From: Octopus bimaculoides
Lineage: Eukaryota
DNA length: 62,398 nucleotides
Direction of reading: 5' to 3'
Assembly: GCF_001194135.2 (NCBI RefSeq)
Contig: NC_068981.1
Location: 107,697,811-107,760,208, forward strand
Shown here: piece after piece, positions 26,651 through 38,638 of the stretch
Layout of the letters: each line of letters begins with the position of its first letter
Numbering within the stretch: the first letter of the stretch is position 1
Position numbers and translations under genes: made by a program
The notes under the pieces: model-generated
What the model saw: only the letters and a program-made list of their open reading frames with translations
What the model was told of the DNA's origin: nothing
Databases searched by the model: none

Positions 26651-27764
26651 TTAGACATCCCATCCTAAAAAAAAAAGATCAAAGGCATTCTTGAAAGACA
26701 AATAGGAACGCTTGGCGTACTGCATGCTACATTTCTGTAATTTTGGTATATAGAGGGTATCTTGTTGGTCAAAGTTTAGATGTGATGGAGCAAAACAGAC
26801 TTCATATTCAGAAAGATTCCCCTAATATTAGCTAAGGTCACCCTAATTATCCCTTACTATATTATTATTGAATTACTACATAAACTAAGTTATGTAGGAA
26901 ATGAAAGGTAAATTAACAAATAATTCATTCCTGTTTTTATTTCTCCCTGATCACCTATGATCGATACTGGCTACAGTCGAGTAGAATGTCTTAAAAAGTT
27001 TGATGTAAAGATGATTAAAACAGCGCTATATCATTGAGGGATTTATGAAACAAAAATTAAGAAAGGCAACACATTTAACTTTCTACATATACCGAAAAAG
27101 AAAGGCAATACATTTAACTTTCTACATATATAAAAAGTTTTTATAGCAAAAACAAAATTAATTCATGATTTTCATAACAGCAGTAGCGACTTAAGTGGCA
27201 TAAAACTGCCATAACCATCTACGATACTTGGATCGCATGTACCGAATTTGCAGTTCTGTATTTTAAGAGAGATAAATAGAATACTGAAATGTTTATGCCC
27301 TCCCCAATAATAATGAAGTTAGAGAAAGAAAATAGTCTGAACCAAAAATTAAAAGTATGTCATTTACAGCTTGACTTATAATGTTCTCCATATGCACTAA
27401 ATTTTGAACTTTGAAACTGAAATAACATTAAAAAAAATATAGAGAAATTTTATTTGCGATACTTGAAATAGACATGCAGAGTAAAATCTGCTTCTTCAGA
27501 ATTATGGATAATATTTCCTTAATAATTTCTCCAGAGTGTATAATTTATTTTTCCGAAGTCGACCCAGGAAAACTTGGACAAGATATTATTTAGAATCAGA
27601 TCATTGTATATTTACTCATCATGTGTGTAATGTATACAAAATGATAAAATTGGGTTTTAATGTTTATGGCGCTTATGAGAGACATTTAATTAAATTTCCT
27701 TTCGTAATTCAATGCATCAATATAATTCTGTTAATAATTTCATTTACAAAGAACAAACTACAGC

Positions 27765-28125
<361 letters not shown>

Positions 28126-28819
28126 AAACGACTAACCAAAATATGGAGCTGAAAAAGAATATTACCAGCCGTTAAACAGACAATCGTAGGGTAGAAGGCG
28201 ACATTGAAATAGATCCATTGTGCAAGTTTATTCGGTGGTCTTCGTGACCGAGGGATATACATCCCGATCAGGGGAATAAGATCATCTGAAGGTTCCCCGG
28301 TTCAATACTCACTAATGGTAGTATTTCAAAAACAACAGAACACCTAGAAATCATGTCCTAAGTAGCTTCAGCACCTTTAAAATGTCAGGAAATAACAGAT
28401 TGAAACACTTGCTTGATGGGAGTTCTTCCTCTGAAGATTTCTCCTGCTATCAGCTGGTCCCGCAGCGAGTTTCCACTTACTACTGCTATAATAGCCAAGC
28501 ATAATGCAGACTTTCCATTTAGCAACAATATTCTTCTAGTATAGCAAGTTTTAATTAATTTTATTTGGCTTAATTACACCGTGACATATTAATAGAGAAA
28601 ACACTTACCAGTTGAGATAAGCTAATGAGTGTTTTATCTATAATTATTAAATAATTAGTCACAGTATAATTAAGCTAAATAAAAACTCAATAACAGGTTT
28701 CTTATGTAAATAAGAGAGGAGAGAAATTAAAATTCTCTAGAGTTTTAAAGTTTTCAACAATCTAGGTTATAAGAAATGATTATCAACCCATTATAGTATA
28801 ATGGCGTTAAATTCAAAGC

Positions 28820-29108
28820 GAACACGGAGAAGGATGCATGGTTGTGTGTACATTCCTTGAGACGTGTAAGTGGCTGAGCACTCCACAGACATGTATACCC
28901 TTAATGTAGTTCTCAGGGAGATTCAGCGTGACACAGAGTGTGACAAGGCTGGTCTTTGAAGTACAGTTACTACTCATTTTTGCCAGCTGAGTGGACTGGA
29001 GCAACGGGAAATAAAGTGTCTTGCTCAAGGATACAACGTGTCGCCGGGAATTGAACTCACGACCTTATGATCGTGAGCCGAATATCCTAACCACTAAGCC
29101 ATACACCC
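28820..29108 (-). mobile_element. tRNA-derived SINE (second family)
   Basis: Minus-strand A-box tggcttagtgg and B-box gagttcaattcc. Core 28860-28950 is homologous to 38185-38285. Confidence 0.85.
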
Positions 29109-29849
29109 TCATATGAAGTGAGATTTGCATATGGTATTGTGCAGCAGTCTGAGAATGTGGCGTGTGCAACAATGAATATGTTGTTCAGTATATTTCTCTT
29201 TGCATGTAGGTTTCCGGGGAGACGGGGCGGAAGCAGGTAAAATGGACTCAGCTGGAATGCAACAGTTATCGTCTCTCTACTCTTATTACAGGTACTATTG
29301 CTACTGCTATCTTTTTGTGTATTTTTATACTGATCTGAAACGGACAGGGGAGATAATGTTTTTAGGGTGGTATTGCAATAGTACCCGGTCGTATTTGAGA
29401 TATTTCTGTTTATTTGGAACTGAGTGAGAAGATAGAGCGTGAAATACTTGCAGCAATGTTTTTGAAGACAGTGAAAATATATCCTTAATTGGCGTTGCGA
29501 GTTGTGATAATGATGAGCATATTGCAAGAAGCTATTTTTCATATCGTTTGTTATGTAGTTGTAATAGCTGCCTACATATAACAAAAAGTGGAGTTGTAGC
29601 TTGGTGACATGTAGTTGTGTTTGTGTAAGTTGATTTGGATGTGGAATGAGTTTAGTTGTAAATGCTATTATTTCACCTCTCGTATTATCTGTATTGCTAT
29701 AGTACCAGAATGTGTTGCTGCATTGATGTCGCTTTCCTCACCTTGTGACAGCTTTTAGGAATATTGTAATTCAGCTCAAATATATAGTTGTGGAGATGAA
29801 TAATGTTTAAGGTAGTATGTGTATGTTTTCGTTTAGTGTTCGAATGGTA

Positions 29850-30010
29850 TGAATGCATGACTTTAAATATGGTACAAGACTTAAATATATTACAAAACAG
29901 CCCTTCCAAGATTTTATAGACTTTTACAGTTCCGGGCAGGACAAGCTACCGCTGAAATGGCAAAACTGTATTGACAATATGGGTGCATACCTTGATCAAT
30001 ATTGCTATAT
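29850..30010 (+). mobile_element. Mariner transposase C-terminal remnant
   Basis: FYSSGQDKLPLKWQNCIDNMGAYL matches the mariner terminal motif F..GI.KLP.RW.KC...G.Y. Confidence 0.65.
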
Positions 30011-30444
30011 AATTTCAAGTGCTGTTGAAGTATCTCAGTGCTTTATGTATTTGCGCAAAGTCAAATAAACATTATTCAAGCAAAATGCTCAGGCAATCCC
30101 AAGTATTATGAAATTTTCACGATCACTTTGCTTAATCTTCTAGAAATGCTAAAACTGCCGCCAAATTACCCTTCAATTGATTAGTAAACATTAAAATGCA
30201 TGCAAAAATAACAGAAGTAGTTGTTAGAATAACGAAGACAACCACTGGCTTGCGTTAAATAAGGACGTATTTTGCGAGCTTAGGTATATTTACAGCAAAT
30301 ATAATATCATCAACTTCTTACATGAGCCGAAGAGCAGTTATATTGATTCAAATATCGTAAAAAATCCAATGTCATTGAACATGGAAAATTCGAAGTGAAT
30401 TCTTTATCACTTAAGACATGCCGTGGTTTTCATCAGATTTTGAC

Positions 30445-30690
30445 GTATTCTTTCATTCTTTTATTTGTTTCAGTCATTTGACTGCGGCCATGCTGGAGCA
30501 CCACCTTTAGTCGAGCAAATCGACCCCAGGACTTAGTCTTTGTAAGCCTAGTACTTATTCTATCGGTTCTTTTTTGCCGAACCGCTAAGTTACGAGGAAG
30601 TAAACACACCAGCATCGGTTGTCAAGCGATGTTGGTGGGGGGGGGGACAAGCACAGACACGCAAGCATATACATACATACATATATANNN
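30445..30690 (-). mobile_element. SINE 3' half (same family as 8.9 and 27.8 kb)
   Basis: Reverse complement of the shared tail and body. Truncated by gap. Confidence 0.85.
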
Positions 30691-31255
30691 NNNNNNNNNN
30701 NNNNNNNNNNNNNNNNNNNNNNNNNNNNNNNNNNNNNNNNNNNNNNNNNNNNNNNNNNNNNNNNNNNNNNNNNNNNNNNNNNNNNNNNNNNNNNNNNNNN
30801 NNNNNNNNNNNNNNNNNNNNNNNNNNNNNNNNNNNNNNNNNNNNNNNNNNNNNNNNNNNNNNNNNNNNNNNNNNNNNNNNNNNNNNNNNNNNNNNNNNNN
30901 NNNNNNNNNNNNNNNNNNNNNNNNNNNNNNNNNNNNNNNNNNNNNNNNNNNNNNNNNNNNNNNNNNNNNNNNNNNNNNNNNNNNNNNNNNNNNNNNNNNN
31001 NNNNNNNNNNNNNNNNNNNNNNNNNNNNNNNNNNNNNNNNNNNNNNNNNNNNNNNNAAAAAAAAAAAAAAGCAAAACAAAGGACTTTCCTGTTAGTCAGA
31101 ATCTTTGAGTATGTTTTTATCAATTAATTTCCGTAAGCGGAAGACTACAAAATTCAAGAGACTACCGAACAATTTCAACAAGAAGTTACAAAACAATAGG
31201 TATAATAATCTAGAAACAAACTGCTCTACATGCTTTACTGTGTTATTAGAATAAC

Positions 31256-31539
31256 GGTAATCTTCAAGTTTCGGAGGATAAAAAAAATAAATAAAAATAT
31301 TCAAGGGAAGTAACTGAACGTCTTACCAGTATTCTCCGTACATCTCTGTTTATAAATAAATTACACACGTGATTTGATTGACGTTAGGGTTAGAGTTAGG
31401 GTTAGGGTTAGGATTAGGGTTAGGGTGTGATTTATTTATAAACAGCTAGAAGAAAACGGATAATACTGGTAAGTCGTTCAGTTATTTCCCTTGAATATTT
31501 TTATTTATTTTTTTTATCCCCCTAAACTTGAAGATTACC
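31256..31539. mobile_element. Mutator-like (MULE) MITE with ~105-bp TIRs, 9-bp TSD and telomeric (TTAGGG)-like core
   Basis: TIRs GGTAATCTTCAAG... and ...CTTGAAGATTACC. Identical flanking TAGAATAAC at 31247-31255 and 31540-31548. Seven TTAGGG-like units at 31384-31425. Confidence 0.88.
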
Positions 31540-32890
31540 TAGAATAACTTTAATTTTGTACGGGATTTAGATTTTTCTTATACAATATTTTTCTAAAAAT
31601 TTGTAATACACCTTTTTATAATTTATTATAATTTTTTATTCTAAATCTATCAATTAAAAATTATATCATAAATGAAGTAAGATTGATATATAGAAAATTA
31701 ACAAAATATGAAGATTTCAAATTGTGCAGAAAACTGGGGTACTGGTGACAAAAACGAATACCCAGTTTCATTTGGCACACCAGTTAATAAACTACGTTTA
31801 GTTGAAATGGATACATTTTAACCAGGCGTAAATGTAATTTATACAAAATCAGGTGTGTATGCAATATGGTTACTAAATTCTAATGAACTTCTAAAAATAG
31901 GTACTTAGCTCCTAATATGTCGAATGAAGCGTTTGGAAGATAAAATCACATCTTGCATAAGACGTTAGTCTATATCACAAATAACATTGTAAAATTATTT
32001 GAAAACTATTCTCAATATCTATATGATTTGAGGTGATATACGTAGAATAAAGTTTTCTGACGAACATATAAATGTATATATAATGCAATGAAACACTTGT
32101 AGCAGATTTGATGTAACGATTCATTCGCAAGCTGTCTAACACCTTATCTATTTATGCCTTTTGGTCTATAAAAGGTTATAGTTGATTTAATCAACGTCAC
32201 TTGAGCTGTATTTGGACCTAGAGTTTCGAGTAAAAGAAAGGTTAAACAATCTTGATTTTTTGATCCGACAGGAGAACGTTAGTGTTAATATGCTGCTTTA
32301 CGATTACTTATTATTTTAGAAGAGTGGTGGATAGTAGAAGAGGTAGACTCTGGACAAAATAATTTGCAAAATTTAAAAATGTAGTTTCGTCTCATTAACT
32401 TCCGAAACTTAAAAGCATTAGACTTTTGCCTTTCATCTTTGAGGTCGAAAAAACATAGCTGCTAATAATATATTCTAGATTTAACTGAATCCTCGATATG
32501 AATATCGAGTTTTCTAACAGGCAAACTGAATTTGGGCAGATATGGAAGTTGGGACTAGACTGTTTCAGAAAAGAGAAGATACAACTTGTGACTAATAAGT
32601 GGAAAACAGCATATTGATGCTACCTTTCTACGAATGCTTCCGATACAAAGTGAAAGGTAAGATCTTGATGTTCTCGGTTTGAATACTTACAACAGAATGG
32701 ACTCAGCGAAAGGCACCCGGTGCTGATATTCTACACTGTTCTACCCAATTTCACGGACAATATTTGTGTTATGTCTAAGCTAAGTTAGAAGAGTAAGTTA
32801 CTGTGCAGTAGATTCGAACCCGTATTCATACAATTGCAAAGCAAAATTAAAGCCAAATAGTCGTGTCAACCAGACTAACCTTTACATAGC

Positions 32891-32894
<4 letters not shown>

Positions 32895-32947
<53 letters not shown>
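32895..32947. repeat. (GA)n microsatellite
   Basis: Direct reading. Confidence 0.95.
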
Positions 32948-32951
<4 letters not shown>

Positions 32952-33295
32952 CCCAAATTCTTTTATATACAGGGTGCGTAAGGTATTTGAGGACATACCT
33001 TTTTTGGATCATTGCTGCATTTTTTGCTAACTCTGTATAATCTTTGTTTCAGAAAATAATAATTGCAGACCCTCAGCTTACTCAAGAAGTGAAAAGGAAT
33101 GCTGTTATTGTGGTTATAAAGGCTGAGCATAGCGATTTAGAAATATCTCGATTTTTAAAAGTTACCAGATCTTTCGTCTGCAAAGTTTGTAAGGAGTTAG
33201 AGACTGAAGATGGAAACGTATCACCAGTATCAAAGCATAAAAAAGCATACAATTCTATATTTAAGAGATGAGGAATTATGTACATTCTTGTTTGT

Positions 33296-33340
33296 TATTA
33301 ACACAACGTTTCGGCTAATATACCCTCCAGCCTTCATCAG
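33296..33340 (-). ncRNA. Hammerhead ribozyme core, stem I 5' strand lost
   Basis: Minus strand CUGAUGA-A-GGCU(loop)AGCC-GAAACGUU. The ACGU palindrome could form stem III in a dimer. Confidence 0.6.
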
Positions 33341-33452
33341 GGCATATGGCGTAGTGGTTAAGAGCGCGGGCTACTAACCCCAAGATTCCGAGTTCGATTC
33401 CAAGCAGTGACCTGAATAATAATAATAACAAAAATAACAACATCGAAAAAAG
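33340..33452 (+). mobile_element. tRNA-derived SINE head with (AAT)n
   Basis: A-box TGGCGTAGTGG (33347-57), B-box GTTCGATTCC (33392-401), cloverleaf-like spacing. Confidence 0.85.
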
Positions 33453-33634
33453 AAGGTTTATTTTTATCCTCATAGCATTTTTTGATAAACAAAGTTATTA
33501 TCTGTTATTATATATCTGCTTTTTTATAAACATAAATCTGTCCTGAAATATCTTACGCACCCTGTATAATTTTACGCACCCTATATAATCGGTGATCATT
33601 TAAGACAGTTATGATATCGGTTTTTAACAGAGAC

Positions 33635-33810
33635 AGAAGGTCACCATATTTCAGTACTTGAATCGTACTTTAATTTTATGGACACCGAAACAATAAGAAG
33701 CTAGGTCGACTTCCGCTGGATTTGAACTCAGAACAGAAATTGTCTTAACTAAATACCGTAAAACATTTTTTTTGTTTGTTCGGCGCTTTGACGATTCTTC
33801 CAATCAAACA
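33635..33810 (-). mobile_element. Decayed SINE (family of 55962-56100)
   Basis: aggtcgacttccgctggatttgaactcagaac is the reverse complement of the gttctgaatttaaattccgccgaggtcgact segment at 56030. Confidence 0.55.
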
Positions 33811-34182
33811 CCGTGAGCGATGACATTCGTATCGGTACTAGTTACCCAAAAGAACCACCTGAACGGCACAACATAATGTAACGTGCACATAGTTATGTCT
33901 CCAATAACTGGTGATATCATTACACTTTTAACACATTTTGCATTAACGCTGACAATTTCGCGACAACGTACGTGATCGGTGCCATGTCCGCAAGTTCCCT
34001 TTTAATGTCAATTGGTAAATATATATTTAAATCATATATAGTACATTTCCTCTTCCTCATAAAGGAAGTACATCAGGTCACTCCCTTTAAAGTAGGAATT
34101 ATTTGTTTAGAGGAATGGCTAATGACAGTTGTATACGTTAACATGACTGAGAGAAAGATTTAATTATATAAATAATACCTAC

Positions 34183-34490
34183 ATGGCTCAGTGGATAGAG
34201 CGTCGAGCTTACGGTCGTGAGTTTGTGAGTTCGAATCCCGGACCGAGCTGCGTGTTGTGTTCTTTATTTCACGTTGCTCCAGTTCACTTAGCTGTAGAAA
34301 TGAGTTGCAACGTCACAGGTGCCAGGCTGTATCGGCTTTTGCCTTTCCCTGGTGGCGTGGAGAGGGGAGGTCGGTATGCATGGGCGACTGCTGGTCTTCC
34401 ATAAACAACCTTGCCCGGACTTGTGCCTGGGAGGGTAACTTTCTAGGTGCAATCACATGGTCAGTCATGACCGAAGGGGGTCCCAGCATC
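34183..34490 (+). mobile_element. tRNA-derived SINE (third tail type)
   Basis: A-box tggctcagtgg and B-box gagttcgaatcc, followed by a GC-richer body. Confidence 0.8.
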
Positions 34491-34781
34491 TCAGCAACAT
34501 GTAACTAATTTCTTGTTTAAGCAACTATAGAAATACATGTGTAACTATACATACATTGACATAATATGTATGTACACACACACACGTACACACACACGCA
34601 CGCATCTGAAACAGTATTAGATTAAAATAACTATGCGTATATGTATAACATACTGTATATATATATATATAGAAACGGAGTGTAGTGTTAGCTTAATATT
34701 TTATCTCAGAGGAAATGCTTTTAGGAAATGAAATATTTTTATGATGAAAAACAGAACTCACTCAGAATGTCGTCGGTAAAT

Positions 34782-34825
34782 CGTCAGACATTAATATTTC
34801 GACCTGATTTGGTCATCTCAGTGCG
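34782..34825 (-). ncRNA. Near-complete type I hammerhead ribozyme, one core nucleotide missing
   Basis: Minus strand CGCA-CUGA(-)GA-U-GACC(AAAUCA)GGUC-GAAA-UAUUAAU-GUC-UGACG: 4-bp stem II, quasi-palindromic stem III, GUC site, bulged stem I. Confidence 0.6.
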
Positions 34826-35879
34826 AGCATCATTGGAACATTCTGAGCAAACTTGAAATCTCTGAGTGAGTCCTGCGTTATTGTCATACACAACGCTTCA
34901 TAAAAGACGTTTCTCTGAGACAATGTATTACAATTCTATATCTGTACATAAATTATACTTATTGTTGCATTGTTATATACTCCTATATAAATATAATATA
35001 AATGATCTGATGCCTTTCAACTACCTGTTTATAATTTATTGTTACATATCAATTAATTAATATAGCTGTGTCTCGATTCCGAGAAAGACGGTTCTGCAAT
35101 TTCTTGCTGAACATCCTGCACAGATGATTTGCTTGTAGTGATCAAATGTTTGTGCTCTACATTAACTTACTCCCTCCATCAAATCGACATTGTAGAGGCA
35201 GATGCACGGTGTGCCATGCGTCAGATATACATGCATGTGTGTATGTATGTATGTATGTATGTATGTATGTATGTGTATGCGTGAGTATGTATAAACATAC
35301 ACACACATACATAGGTATGTATATATGTATATATAAATATATGTATGCATATATATATATATATATAAATATATATGCATATATATATATACATATATAT
35401 ACATATATATANNNNNNNNNNNNNNNNNNNNNNNNNNNNNNNNNNNNNNNNNNNNNNNNNNNNNNNNNNNNNNNNNNNNNNNNNNNNNNNNNNNNNNNNN
35501 NNNNNNNNNNNNNNNNNNNNNNNNNNNNNNNNNNNNNNNNNNNNNNNNNNNNNNNNNNNNNNNNNNNNNNNNNNNNNNNNNNNNNNNNNNNNNNNNNNNN
35601 NNNNNNNNNNNNNNNNNNNNNNNNNNNNNNNNNNNNNNNNNNNNNNNNNNNNNNNNNNNNNNNNNNNNNNNNNNNNNNNNNNNNNNNNNNNNNNNNNNNN
35701 NNNNNNNNNNNNNNNNNNNNCAACTCTAAGTATGGAAAACAATTAAATTTTGGAAAAATTAGAAGAAAAGTTTTTTAAAAGAATATTTGCATAGTGTTCA
35801 AATACATGTGGCATTTTCCTTGTTTCAGCCTGTTTCTGTCTCTCTTGTAGGTTCGAGGTGATTGTGAATTCTTAGTAGG

Positions 35880-35913
35880 GAAGAAGAAGAAGAAGAAGAA
35901 GAAGAAGAAGAAG
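35880..35913. repeat. (GAA)n microsatellite
   Basis: Direct reading. Confidence 0.95.
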
Positions 35914-37980
35914 AATGCGGGAGTGCCATGATAGTAGTATGTTAAATGGTCAAGTGCCCTGAAAGTGACCCGTTGTGGATGGTAGTAGTGATTGAATTAC
36001 CGAAACATCTCTTTTGAATGTTTTGTTTATAACATTTGCGTAAGTGTTATTCTAAATAGCAATAGTGGTAATGTTAGGAAGATATTTAGCGGTAAGTATT
36101 ATTCTACAAGATAAATATGGAATAGAGTTAATCATAAAATCTACATTAAACAAACACATATGGAAATATCTATTTAACCCTCAGACAAGCCCTACCCCTA
36201 CAAGCAAAACTCACGACTTGCTTCCTTAGTCAGCTCCAAACAAAAGTGACAAAAGTTATCACATGTCACTATTTCGAAATGCAACGTGGCTTTTGATAAA
36301 TTTTAAACTGCTTCCATTGAATTGAGATACGAATTCGAACGAATATAGATGTAAATTGTTTCGACTTCCTAATCTTTTTATTAAGGTAAAAAATAAAAAA
36401 AGAAATTGTAAAAATGCAACTGCGAAAAGGAGGGAAAAAACTGACACAAAAGTGGTACTTGAGTTTAACGAAAGTGGTACTTGAATTTAACAAAAATCTG
36501 TTGAATGCAAATTCATTCCGACCGATGTGGCATAATACCACAAAACACTCAATGTTTAACAAGAAAGCAGGATATTTACGAGATTAGTTCTCAAATTATT
36601 GTTGCTCAAAGCTTCCATTTTTTTAATGGAGTTTTTAAACAAACACATGCTAATCTTGAACAGAAGTTATTATCCATATTTTTTTGTACGATCTCATCCA
36701 ACGCTATATTAGATGTTTTTACGGTTCACCCTATTTTACGTTTTATGGAAATTACTAAAGAAAACAAGGAATTATACAATGAAAATATAATGGGCCTAGT
36801 ACTTCGTCAGTCATATTTTCTGCTCACGGATAACATAACGTTCCACTCATTTTAATCACAATCAGAATTTTACGAAAATGTATTTAAAATATAAGTATTG
36901 TATTTGGTTTGAATATTATATTTCAAGAGACCTCTAGCATCCAGTACTTCGCTAAACGTTCTGTTAAATTTTGCCGGTTCTTCATGAGCTCACAACACCT
37001 CCAAGAGGGTGCTACCGTTCAGCTGGCTTACATTATGAGGAATGATGTTAAGCAACGCAGAAAAATTCATATGAATAAACATAAATATAAATTATAAATA
37101 CACTATAAATACAAAACAATACCTTACAATACATACATACATATGTATATANNNNNNNNNNNNNNNNNNNNNNNNNNNNNNNNNNNNNNNNNNNNNNNNN
37201 NNNNNNNNNNNNNNNNNNNNNNNNNNNNNNNNNNNNNNNNNNNNNNNNNNNNNNNNNNNNNNNNNNNNNNNNNNNNNNNNNNNNNNNNNNNNNNNNNNNN
37301 NNNNNNNNNNNNNNNNNNNNNNNNNNNNNNNNNNNNNNNNNNNNNNNNNNNNNNNNNNNNNNNNNNNNNNNNNNNNNNNNNNNNNNNNNNNNNNNNNNNN
37401 NNNNNNNNNNNNNNNNNNNNNNNNNNNNNNNNNNNNNNNNNNNNNNNNNNNNNNNNNNNNNNNNNNNNNNNNNNNNNNNNNNNNNNNNNNNNNNNNNNNN
37501 NNNNNNNNNNNNNNNNNNNNNNNNNNNNNNNNNNNNNNNNNNNNNNNNNNNNNNNNNNNNNNNNNNNNNNNNNNNNNNNNNNNNNNNNNNNNNNNNNNNN
37601 NNNNNNNNNNNNNNNNNNNNNNNNNNNNNNNNNNNNNNNNNNNNNNNNNNNNNNNNNNNNNNNNNNNNNNNNNNNNNNNNNNNNNNNNNNNNNNNNNNNN
37701 NNNNNNNNNNNNNNNNNNNNNNNNNNNNNNNNNNNNNNNNNNNNNNNNNNNNNNNNNNNNNNNNNNNNNNNNNNNNNNNNNNNNNNNNNNNNNNNNNNNN
37801 NNNNNNNNNNNNNNNNNNNNNNNNNNNNNNNNNNNNNNNNNNNNNNNNNNNNNNNNNNNNNNNNNNNNNNNNNNNNNNNNNNNNNNNNNNNNNNNNNNNN
37901 NNNNNNNNNNNNNNNNNNNNNNNNNNNNNNNNNNNNNNNNNNNNNNNNNNNNNNNNNNNNNNNNNNNNNNNNNNNNNNNN

Positions 37981-38350
37981 TATGGAGGCCCAATGGCCCA
38001 GTGGTTAGGGCAGTGGACTTGCGGACATATGATCGCGGTTTCGATTCCCAGACCGGGCGTTGTGAGTGTTTATCGAGCGAAAACGCCTAAAGCTCCACGA
38101 GGCTCCGACAGGGGATGGTGGCGAACCCTGCTGTACTCTTTCTCACACTCTTACTTCCTGTTTCTGTTGTGCCTGTAACTCAAATGGTCAGCCTTGTCTC
38201 ACACTGTGTCACGTTGAATATCCCCGAGAACTACGTTAAGGGTACACGTGTCTGTGGAGTGCTCAGCCACTTGCTCGTTAATTTCAAGAGCAGGCTGTTC
38301 CGTTGATTGGATCAACTGGAACCCTCGACGTCGTAAGTGATGAAGTGCCA
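37981..38350 (+). mobile_element. tRNA-derived SINE sharing a core with the 28.8-kb SINE
   Basis: A-box tggcccagtgg and B-box ggtttcgattcc. Shared core cagccttgtc..cacactgtgtcacg...gtctgtggagtgctcagccactt. Confidence 0.85.
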
Positions 38351-38351
38351 G

Positions 38352-38425
<74 letters not shown>

Positions 38426-38426
<1 letters not shown>

Positions 38427-38638
38427 GAGGGGTGCTAAAAAGTTCCTCGCTTTAGGGGTTTCGAGAAAGTCCTGGTTGGAGGCCCAACTTTCCGAGTTCT
38501 TTTACAGGGCTTAGAATAGCTGAAGGATCGCTGCAATAAGTGTGTGAATCTGAGAGAGGAATATGTTAAATAAAATAATTAACTGATCCACCTGTATTTT
38601 CTTTTACCCAATGCCAGGAACTTTCCAGCACCCCTTTA
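38426..38638 (+). mobile_element. Mariner-derived MITE
   Basis: TIRs CGAGGGGTGCTAAAAAGTTCCT and AGGAACTTTCCAGCACCCCTT. Interior retains the mariner C-terminal codons KDRCNKCVNL. Confidence 0.82.

Larger units (their letters stand above)
32970..33564 (+). mobile_element. Tc1/mariner deletion derivative (HTH N-terminus only) with a nested insertion
   Basis: 26-bp TIRs CAGGGTGCGTAAG(G/A)TATTT(G/C)AGGACA with 2 mismatches, TA on both flanks (32968-69, 33565-66). ORF 33044-33271 resembles a transposase HTH (EISRFLKVTRSFVCKV). Confidence 0.88.

Noticed and set aside
27061-27130. Short tandem duplications (27061-27130, 36449-36491, 44812-44922) as CRISPR-like or regulatory arrays
   Set aside because: Only two units each and no spacers. 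Ordinary slippage duplications in a eukaryotic genome.
28380-28545. Minus-strand NGKSALCLAIIAVVSG resembling an SMC5/6 Walker A
   Set aside because: The GxGKS spacing is incomplete, two frames are equally open, and there are no supporting exons.
29250-29700. 165-aa minus-strand ORF 29087-29584
   Set aside because: Starts at a non-ATG, runs into a SINE, and shows no recognisable domain. Possibly a decayed TE.
31384-31425. Telomere or chromosome fusion site
   Set aside because: Only 42 bp, enclosed by TIRs and a TSD, so it is part of a MITE.
33145-33235. CTGAAGA-TG-GAAACGTA string in the mariner ORF
   Set aside because: No room for stem II. Coincidental coding sequence.
33340-33420. Possible tRNA gene
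   Set aside because: It has A/B boxes but no paired acceptor stem, and it continues into an (AAT)n SINE body. The same applies to the heads at 29.1, 34.2 and 38.0 kb.
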